A stretch of DNA of 64,000 nt from Syncephalis fuscata S228 (lineage: Eukaryota > Fungi > Zoopagomycota): the NCBI GenBank assembly GCA_025786725.1, contig JAHLTZ010000031.1, positions 249,222 to 313,221 on the forward strand, in the 5' to 3' direction. The position numbers and the translations under genes were made by a program. Under the pieces are notes generated by a model. The model was not told the origin of the DNA. It ran no database searches and saw nothing but the letters and a program-made list of their open reading frames with translations. Of the stretch, positions 52,375 to 62,262 are shown one piece after another (within the stretch, counting starts at the first letter, position 1; every line of letters starts with the position of its first letter).

Positions 52375-55223
52375 TTATGGATTAGCTGTATTTATAAATA
52401 AATATGTTGCATGTCATATAGTTAATGTATAGATTAGCAATATAAAATATAACTTACCTTCTATTAGTATTAAGTTATTGGTACACAAAATAAATAACAT
52501 GTAATTAGTAAGTAACCAATTAATATGAAATGCTACTTACGGCCTATTAGTATTAAGTTGTTAGTACACATGATGCATAACATGTAATTAGTAAGTAATC
52601 AATTAATACACAATACTACTTACATTCTATTGATATTAAGATGTTGTTGAATACAGTATATAGTATAAATTAGCGCATGTTCTATTGATATGCAATACAA
52701 CTTACCTTCTATTATTATTAAGTTGTTAATAGATACAGTAAATAGCATGTGGTTAGGGAGTATCCAGCTAGTATAAAATATAACCTACTGTCTATTAATA
52801 TTAAATTATTGATGAGCACAATACATGGTATATAATTAATATGTATTCAGTTAGTACATAACACAACTTACTGCCTATTAATATTAATTTGTTGATGCAT
52901 ATAGTAAATAGAATGTAATTAATATATAATCAATTAATATACAATACTACTTACAATCTATTATATTAAGTCGTTGATGCATACAGTACATAATATATAA
53001 TTAGTAGATAGTTAGTTAATATAAAATATCGGGGACGTTGCTAGCCCAGTTGGTAAGGCAGCGTCTCCCGAGCTGAAGGCTCCGGGTTCAAACCTCAGTT
53101 TGAATCAATCCTTAAGTGGAAAATCCCCCCCTCCAGTTTTCTCTAGTTAACAAATTGCAAACCAGAACCCAATAAGTAGGTCCGGAAACAAGACCTTGGC
53201 CAGAATAGCCGAGGAAAACCCAATTGGGACCAACTTCAAGAGAATAGTGCTGTGTAGCACCATTTAAAGGAAGATGGCCCCCGTGTAAAATCTATATGGA
53301 CCAGATTTTGCGCAAAAACGTGGCAGTCCACCCGTTAAAAGTTTGGAAAAGTCCAAATATAGTGGGAAGCAGCGCAAATTCTTTAATTATGCGCAGCGGG
53401 GGCTCACAAGCTCTTCAAAATAAAAAAATAAATAATATAAAATATCACTTACTGTCTATTATATCAAGTTAATTCATACAATGAGTAGCATAGTTAATGT
53501 ATAGTCAGTTAATATACAAAACCACTTACATTCTATTAATATTAAATAGTTGGCACATCAGTGAATAACAGCTAATATATAGTCAGTTAATTTACAATAT
53601 TACTTACCACCTATTAATATTACATAATTAGTATAAGCAGTAAATAACAGTTGTTGTATAATCAGTTAATATACAAAACCACTTACAAACTATTAATATT
53701 AAATAGCATAGTTAATATATAGTCAGTTAATATACAATATTACTTACTGACTATTAATATTAAATAAGTACAATTAGTAAATAGCATAGTTAATGTATAG
53801 CCAGTTAATATACAATACCACTTACACCCTATTAATATTAAATAGTTGGTATAGTTATTAAATAGCATAGTTAATATATAGCCAGTTAATATACAATACC
53901 ACTTACTAACTATTAATGTTAAATAGTTGATATAGTTATTAAATAGCATAGTTAATATATAGTTAATTAATATGCAATACAACTTACAGGCTATTAATAT
54001 TAAATAGTTGGTACAATCGTTAAATAGCATAGTCAATGTATAGCCAGTTAATATACAATACCACTTACGACCTATTAATATTAAATAGTTGGCACAATCA
54101 TTAAATAGCATAGTTAATGTGTAGTCAGTTAATATACACTATAACTTACGACCTATTAATATTAAATAATCGACACAGTCAGTAAATAGCAGTTAATATA
54201 TAGTCGATGGATATACAATATCACTTACCACCTATTAATATTAAGTTATTGGTACACACAATACACGATATATAATTAGCCAATGCCCAGTTAATATACA
54301 ATACCACTTACAATTTTCTAATATTAAGTTGTTGATATACACAGTGCATGATATGTAATTAGTGAGTGATTGGTTCATATACGATACAACTTACTTCTTT
54401 CTGTATTAAATTGTCCACACAGTACAAAATATATAATTAGTGCATAGTCAGTGAATATACAATATTACTTACTAACTATTCCATCAAGTTATTGATGCAC
54501 ATAGTGTATGGTATATAATTAATTTATGAGTAAGCAACATACAATACGACTTACCGCCTATTATTATTAAGTTATTAATACACACAGCGCATAATATATA
54601 ATTAGCCACTGTACAATTAGTATACAATATAACTTACATTGTTCTAATATCAAGTCATTGATACATACAACACATAATATATAATTAGTTAATACTCAGC
54701 TAATATACAATACAACTTACCCACTATGGCATTAAATTGTTGATACACATAATACATGATATATGATTAATTTATAAGTCATCAATATACAATATCACTT
54801 ACAGCCTATTATTATTAAGTCATTGATACACATAGCGCATAGCATGCAATTAGTGCGTAATCAACTAATATACAATATAACTTACAGTCATCTAATATTA
54901 ATTTGTTGATAGATACAGTATATGACATATAGTTAATGTATAGTCAAGTAATATATCATACAACTTACACCCTATTAATATTAAATAAACGGTACAATTA
55001 ATAAATAGTATAGTTAACGTATAGTCATTTAGTATACAATACAGCTTACTGGCTATTATAATTATTAGTTAGAAATACTGTTAGTAAACAAAATATTATG
55101 ACATATTTATTGTTATTGTAACACACCATCACGGCGAACTAAGGCCGGTTTAGCATCAACCATGGATGTACTAGCCACAATAGCCACGACAATGGTGCAA
55201 ACAACGGCAATGGAAAGCTTCAT
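52375..55223 (-). CDS. Micro-exon gene (30 exons) encoding a 67-aa secreted 6-Cys peptide precursor
   Basis: Exon 1 is 55223-55127 (MKLSIAVVCTIVVAIVASTSMVDAKPALVRRD+G, donor GTGTGT). It is followed by 28 exons of 3 or 6 nt, each YAG|exon|GTAAGT-like, and a last exon starting at 52385 with TAA at 52377-52375. The spliced product ends ARYDCLEQCVKRKNCGRPFRFICEYNCNKECQANP*. Confidence 0.88.
52420..55060 (-). repeat. ~80-bp tandem array of homologous intron plus micro-exon units
   Basis: Plus-strand motif AATATACAATA..ACTTAC-NNN-CTATTAATATTAA recurs mostly every 77-83 bp (one unit of 61 bp; one interrupted by the SINE). Confidence 0.92.
53031..53432 (+). mobile_element. tRNA-derived SINE, ~400 bp, with 14-bp target-site duplication
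   Basis: 5' GGGG; A box TAGCCCAGTTGG; B box GGTTCAAACC; GC-richer body; A-rich tail. Flanked by TAATATAAAATATC at 53017-53030 and 53433-53446. Confidence 0.88.
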
Positions 55224-55262
55224 GGTGATATTGACTTGTTAAGACAAACAAATAAAAGAGAT

Positions 55263-55371
55263 AGTAGAGTGTGGTTGGTATAGAATGGAGAGTAGTGCGT
55301 GTATAGCAAGAAGTAGAGTGTGGTCGGTATAAAGTGGAGAGTAGTGTGTGTTTAATAAGAAGTAGAGTGTG
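55263..55371. repeat. ~49-bp tandem repeat (2.2 copies) upstream of the micro-exon gene
   Basis: AGTAGAGTGTGGTYGGTATA.A.TGGAGAGTAGTGYGTGT occurs twice, plus a third start. Confidence 0.75.
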
Positions 55372-57936
55372 ATGATGATATCGCAGTTGGTTGTGTATAT
55401 TTTGTGGGCTATTTATACTTATGATTATGCTGAAATGCTAGTATACTGTAGTATACGAGATATACCATTGATGTGTAATATGAACCAATAAAGCAATCCA
55501 AATAGTGGTTTGAGATGCATATGTACCAATAGATTTATAATGTTGTAGGATGCTTTCCAGGCTTGATTTTAACCTGTCCGGTCTTTATTTTAACCTGCCT
55601 GGTCTTTACTCCAATCTGTTAGTTATTTGCACGAGTACTGTAACGGTGTTCATAATCCAGTACATATGGGATAAAAATAAACATATTAACCTGGTTTTTG
55701 TTACACGGTCTAACTATTTGGTAAAAACAAATATATTGTTCGGCTTTGTAAAACGATAATGATGTCTTTGCTGTCACTTCCATTGAATGACTCGGGCCCC
55801 AATATTTGCATACATACAAATAGCTTACAACATTGTCACAAAAACAAGCTTATGTATTAAACTAGTATTTTATACAGGTTTTTACTGCTATACATAGGCC
55901 AGCCATAATTTTTAAATTATAAAGTGTGTTGATTGGTACATGCGTGCATTTCATTCGACATTATGCCCATTGCTATGGAGTAATCATTGCTTTGAATTCA
56001 CAAATGTATCACATCCAGGCATATTATGCTACATGTTGTGCAACTACCATCATTCAAATGGCGGCCAATCCAAGTTACTTGAAGTCGACTATACAATAAG
56101 TACTGTTTATGCATGATGCATCACAGCATTTTGAGCAATGGAACATTCCAACAAGTCATTTTTTACCAGTTTCAGCTGTAAACTAAATTGCATTGTCTAG
56201 ATTCTATGCAATGCGATATACAAACGAGAGGCTAGGCACACCAAACAATTCTATTCAAATATTAGCAACTTTGAGTGAATAGTGGTAATGGATTACACAC
56301 CAATCCCTAATTATTCAAGGTTTAAACGCTGCTCAGTCTGTGGCATAATTCAGCACGACATCTTTAACAATAGAACATTTCATCCAACTAATGATGTTGT
56401 CCGTTTTTGTCTATAAAGTAGGCTGTATCGGCTAAATTACACACAATGCAATATGCAGACACTAGATTGGATACAATAGAAAGTTTTAGCCAAATATCAA
56501 TAATTTCGAGTGCATAATGTCAATGGACTGCATATCAACTGGTAATCATACAAGGCTTAACTGCTGCTTACATTTCTGAAACCAATCCTGGCAAGTCAAG
56601 CAAGATGGAATATAGAAGAACAAATTAAAGCAGAAACCAATGGAGAAACAAGTGGCAGCTCAAAGGCTTACTAATTTGACCTATAGCAAATCATTATGGG
56701 CATGCTAAGTTGGACAGTATTTATCAAAAGTTGGCTGTTGCTGATGCGACCAAAACTGCAGCAACGTCAAACCGAGATAACGCATAAAAAACAAAGAGTT
56801 GTAAATAAAATTGAATCGATGAGTTTTAGTAATTAAATAACTTATTATTGTCAATATAGCTTATAACACTGGCTGTTTGTACGATAAATATTTACAATCA
56901 CATTGTTTTCTTATATACTCACATTTACACGACCATCAATTAAGCCAACTATTACAAGACTTAATCTAATTATTTATTAGAGTAAGCAGCTAACATTATA
57001 CATTATTGCAACAATAAAAAGACATTTTGTTTTCTACATTTTTATTTACTCATTTCACCATATTTCTTATTACCATTTTATTATTCTATTCAGTAATATA
57101 TTACATGATAATGTTAAATATAAAAATATAAATAGTATGCGTATTTGGACATCAATAAAAACATTATTCAATCCCTAGTCTTTATTTCTCTTATTTTACA
57201 TCAACACCTGTTCAAGTAACCTCAACGGCATGCCGTATATTCTGGCTACAACTGTCACCACAAGGTCTTTCTGGTGAAAACACTCAAACTAGCATTATTG
57301 CATATGATGGAGGTTATTTGCTTCATCAATGGTTGGCAAATAAACTGCACCTATTAAGTTGATACCAACAATGCTCAAGACAATGGCGAACATCAGAGAT
57401 GCTAGCCGTTCTATCTTTTTGTCACCATAGACGGGTATCTTACATGGCAAATATGCCCAAATACAACAGTAGAAGATTGGAAAATAGAAGAGACCATTCA
57501 GGCGCAATAATCCATGCTGTACGTAGTAACAACAATAATAATTACGAAACAATATGGAACTGCAATCATATGGCTTTTATTAATATTCTATCAACCTTTC
57601 TACGCATGGTCAACATCAACAATGATTGGCCTTAAATGTTCCAAAGAGATTAAATAGCATGTTACATTGTTTATTTAAATGTTTAAAATAGCAGTTACTG
57701 CTACAATGTTCTGTTACATTTAATCCTATTTTATGAAAATAATAGTATTATTACATTACATTAATATTTATTATGAATAACAATTTAAACACAAATTAAT
57801 TATTTAGATCATTACAATGGATTGCGTAAAATAATTTATTACGTTGAATGGGGGAAATCAAAATAATACCAAATCTGCGTATTTTCTTTATTGTTTCCAG
57901 CTTCTACTACTTTTGGTGTTTGCACAGTCAGTATTT

Positions 57937-59470
57937 ATGAAGCCATTTGATCCTACAGCTGTCGGATTACCGGCCGACTTTCGTTTCAGCACCTATGCAG
58001 GCCTGAAGGGGTGAGGCTGCAAGGGTAAGTAATGCGTATTAAATGAATTCGTTGGCTTAATCTTTCGCGTTCCTTGGTGCTGTTCAGTGCCTCAAGCCGA
58101 GCTACTTGCTTTGCTTGAGGCGTCGGGGATGGGTGAAGTAGATGGCGACGGATTGATGCAGAGCGGACAGGCACCAGAGCCTGTTGGTACGGATGACTGT
58201 AGTATTACACCTACTGCAGTTGAAGGTGTATGGCTAGCGCAGACCACGGATTTCTTTTATCCATTGGTGGATGACCCTTATATTATGGTAAGTTCTACTG
58301 TTATTGATTATTGACTGCTCTATCCTAATAGAATTTCTATGACGCTAATAGGGGAAAATAGCGTGTGCCAATGTACTATCGGATCTTTATGCCATTGGGG
58401 CCGTCCAATGTGATACTATGCTTATGTTATTGGGCGTAAGTACCCAACTGACCGATCCTGACGTGCGTCGCAAGGCAACAACACTGTGCATGCGCGGTTT
58501 CCGTGATTTAGCCGCAGAAGCTGGCACTCGTGTTACAGGCGGACAAACTGTGCGTAATCCTTGGTATTTAGTGGGTGGTGTGGCTAGTGCAGTAGTAGCT
58601 GAATCGAAGTTAATCAGGTAAGCTAGTTTACCAATTAAACTATCTGTTCAGGTTTAGGTAATTAACATATATATATATATAGACCAGAGAATGCTCAACC
58701 AGGTGATGTTTTAATACTTACTAAGCCACTGGGTACCCAGCCAGCTGTTATGGCTTATGGTTATTTAGCCAATGAAGAAAAACAACGGCGTCTGGATGGA
58801 ATAGCCAGTGTTACAGAAAGTAAGCTATGACGACATATTTAGCATTTAGTAAATGGCTTAATTTTTGTAATTATAGTTTATCAGTGCTATAACCAAGCAG
58901 TGGCATCAATGGCCCGTTTAAATCGTAATGCTGCTATACTAATGCATAAATACGGTAAGTAATATATGCTTAGTTAGAACGTACTAATGTTTTAAGTTTA
59001 TAGGTGCCCATGCTGCTACAGATGTTACAGGATTTGGTTTACTTGGTCATGCTAGTAATTTAGCTGCTGGTCAGAAACAACCAGTTGATTTTGTTATACA
59101 TACACTGCCTGTACTGCCCCATGCACTTGCACTGGATCAAGTTACTGGTTTTGGATTATATGCCGGTAGATCTCCTGAAACTTCAGGCAAGTACAAAAAA
59201 TGAGCGATAATAGGTCATTTATCTAATACAGTATCATTGTTAGGTGGTCTACTCATTGCTCTGCCGTCTGAAGTGGCTACTCAGTTTTTGGATGAACTAT
59301 ATACGTTAGATGGCTGGCCCGGATGTATTATAGGCGATGTAGTAAAAGGTAAGTAGTTATTAATATATTAGAGTGAGTGTGTCTACTTACGCTGTATAGG
59401 TGCTGGAAAAGCACAATTACTACCACAAGACCAAATTACTGTCAAGACGATTGAGGTTGATTTAGTATAA
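57937..59470 (+). CDS. SPS2: Selenophosphate synthetase, selenocysteine-containing (SPS2/SelD)
   Basis: MKPFDP...YAGLKG-TGA(58012-58014)-GCK|VPQ; [88 protein letters not shown] intron at 59187. Confidence 0.95.
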
Positions 59471-59512
59471 ATAACCGTTTTTAATATGGTCTGTTCGCAT
59501 TGATTTCTACCC

Positions 59513-59595
59513 AGACAACTCGATATGAAAGCTTTAGACGTCAAATCTATACACTCATCTTGGTGTAGCGTCCAAGTGCTTGATATGTCGTGTCT
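59513..59595 (+). promoter_or_regulatory. Eukaryotic type II SECIS element in the SPS2 3'UTR
   Basis: Helix I AGACA/TGTCT; core ATGA (59525-59528) with GA (59582-59583); helix II AAGC..GACG/CGTC..GCTT; unpaired AAA (59543-59545); mini-stem TACAC/GTGTA. Confidence 0.88.
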
Positions 59596-60722
59596 CTATG
59601 GCTTATCCGAATCCCCAGATAACCCATTGATTCATGTTCCGATTGTTGCGATTGTGGTAAAATGTGCAGAACGACAAGTTAATAAAAAAATCTATTGAAA
59701 CATTATTGGACTTATTCTGTACTCTCATAAACAGACTATGTTTATTCAATTATATAGCAATCTATCAAAAATAGAGATAAGTATGCTACTTTACCATATA
59801 ATTTTTATACTAAATAGTAATCACATTATATACTAATACGATGTCATGCAAATACACTCAATTATGTCTCTAACATATATAATTGCAATACTTGCATATT
59901 GAGTTATCTTTTGAATTGCAATATAGCTACAAAGTATCGATTTATGTTAGCGATCAATGAATCTCATTTGTACAAATTTAGTGTTATTACGCTTGTTTAG
60001 TTAATCAATTAATAAAAGTTATTAAACATATTATCAATATAGCATTCCCAATCAACAATGGTTAACACCGATACGACATTAGTTCTAATACATTAAACCT
60101 GCACTTTTTTTAACGAATATTCACAAGTGTGCGTAGATATTCGTAGTTTTGTAAACTTGAGAAATACACAGATCCTTTTTAATAGAGCAAGCTTTATTAA
60201 ATATAGCCATTTAACGCAGAATCATACTAAATGATTAATGAATTCAATTAAATTCTATAATAATGTTAAATGACATACAATATTTTATATGATGATGCAG
60301 TTTATTTAACTTAATAGATAGATATCATAATCCAGATACTCTTAAAATTAAATTTTAGAGACCGATAACACACAGTAAATGCTTGCTAGCTTATTAAAAC
60401 TAATATAAATAAATGAACTGTTTTACGGCCATTAGTTTGGTGGCGACATATGAATGAATTAATAGTAAATTCAGAACTACCAAATAAAGAAATTGTTTGA
60501 GCCTTGCGTAGCAGATAGTCTTTTGCGTGAGGAAGAAAAGGTGAAACGAAGACGTGTGAATGATATCACAAGACATATGCGATCACTGTCATTGAGCTGC
60601 ATGACAAGCGTGGTTCACAAAGGCCGATAGAGGCACACAGTATCACTACGTGTGCATCTTTCTAAATCCTTTCCTTTAAATAACACTAATAAATAGCTAG
60701 AGTATTCCTCCGTTATTCCACC

Positions 60723-61280
60723 ATGCAGCCAAACTACTCTTATTGTTTATTGCTCTTATTACCGTCAACTTCGTTATGGCCGAGTCACTTGATGATTTGA
60801 AGGTTGCCTATGAAAATTTGCGCCAAAAGCAGGGCAAGTTTGCTGGTGGCAATAAATTTCTTCCTGATGTTGATGGATTTGACGGCGAAAAGCATAAAGT
60901 GATGAAGGTAGGCGATTCAGTTATAGTCGGCTATCTTATGATCAAACATGCTAATTGGTATATTTTAGGCGCTACAAGAAAGGCTGGATCAGCCAAGCAC
61001 TACTGTGAACACTTTGTTTAAGTATATGGGCGAGCCGGACAAGAGACAGACCGTAAGGCCGGGCAAACTATCGAAAGCGTGCGAACCACTTGCTTCAGAG
61101 ATTCAAACAATGCCTGGCCCTGCTATACCAGGTGGTGGTGCTAGTTCGACTGCTAGTGCAGATAATGGACCTATCTATTTTATCTATCAATGGCGTGGAT
61201 GTCATGACTATCTCTGGTTCGAGATGAATAGCAAGACCAGCAAGGTGATCAAGTCTGGCTGGCATATGGATTTAGAGTAA
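60723..61280 (+). CDS. Small secreted uncharacterised protein (2 exons)
   Basis: Signal peptide MQPNYSLLFIALITVNFVMA; intron 60908-60968; motifs DVD.F.G.KH.VM, MG.PD, Y.WRG.HDYLWF, SGW...E*. Confidence 0.75.
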
Positions 61281-61524
61281 TCAAGTGTTATTGTTTATTT
61301 GTAAATAACAGCTAGTAGTGCTATGTTTGGCAGATTAGACTATAAAGATTACCTACTGTATTGATTCAATATGTTTATTGCTTTAAATAGTTGGCAGAAT
61401 CCAATAAAAGAGTCTAGTTATAGCTGATGGTGTCTATGATAATAAATGCTATTTAGTCTTTAAATTGCGTTTTATTATTAGAATATTTATTTATTTGTTA
61501 TTATTATTTTATTAAACATTTAAC

Positions 61525-61850
61525 ATGATTTGGTAGTTAAATAACTAATATTTAATAACGCCCAATCTATTGAACATGATGATGGGTGGTGAGTGACATC
61601 AATCATCAAATACTCATCAGCATAGATTCGTTATCCAGTATGCATATATCCTCTATTGCAAATACTACATATGCCATACCTATTATATATTCATCCTACT
61701 ATATATCGATTCATGCTCAATTAGTTTTACTTTATCCAAAACAGTTGTCTTTCTGTTGCTAACTTTATTATTAACAAATCTCGACTCATTTAACTCATTC
61801 ACAATGCACATTGTATTTATCCCACCGCTATTCGTACCTTTTATTCTATA
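61525..61850 (+). repeat. Copy of the dispersed repeat family
   Basis: TAATAACGCCCAATCTATTGAACATGATGATGGGTGGTGAGTGACATCA...TTATCCAGTATGCATATATC core. Confidence 0.8.
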
Positions 61851-62262
61851 TAGTCATTACATTCTATATTATTATAAATTATAATGGCCATGCTTTATCA
61901 TAATAGTAATAATAACGATAACAACAATAACAACATCAATATTAACAAAGGTAATATTTAATAATAATATTGATGAATAATTAATTTGAATAAACAGTTC
62001 TCAGTGGTCAGTTGTATTGTTTTCAATCTTTAACACTCACTTTGATCTAGCTTTCACTTTTCATCATCGTGTCAATCGCGTACAATTCTATTGAATTGAA
62101 TTGAATATATGCACATACCAATAATACGATCCGATAACAAAGGCGGAGATCGCTGATTGTATTTTGGTGCAATTACGGCTTCTGGTAAAAAAGATAGTAT
62201 TACACGAATTGCACAGGATTCTTTTGTTTGGTTCCATATATACTTAGACAGTATCAATCGCT

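Noticed and set aside
53031-53105. Functional tRNA gene (including tRNA-Sec)
   Set aside because: A and B boxes are present, but there is no proper acceptor stem or terminator. It continues into a 400-bp body with an A-tail and TSD, so it is a SINE head.
53740-54111. 123-aa repetitive ORF (MLFN…LILI…KWYCIL)
   Set aside because: It is a translation through the 81-bp intron units, not a real protein.
52420-55060. CRISPR-like array or plain minisatellite
   Set aside because: The context is eukaryotic, there are no cas genes and the variable part is only 3-6 nt. The conserved parts are splice signals, so an intron array explains it better.
52280-55124. Phase-0 reading of the micro-exons (…DG-PGMTAWNNALKEKIVVVPLGSFVNTIATKNAKLIHK…), which is also open
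   Set aside because: It needs the weaker donor GTGTTA and gives no recognisable pattern. Phase 1 uses G|GTGTGT and yields a regular six-Cys peptide. Not formally excluded without cDNA.
58012-58014. Premature stop making SPS a pseudogene
   Set aside because: The TGA is at the catalytic Sec position, the gene is otherwise intact and a SECIS is present.
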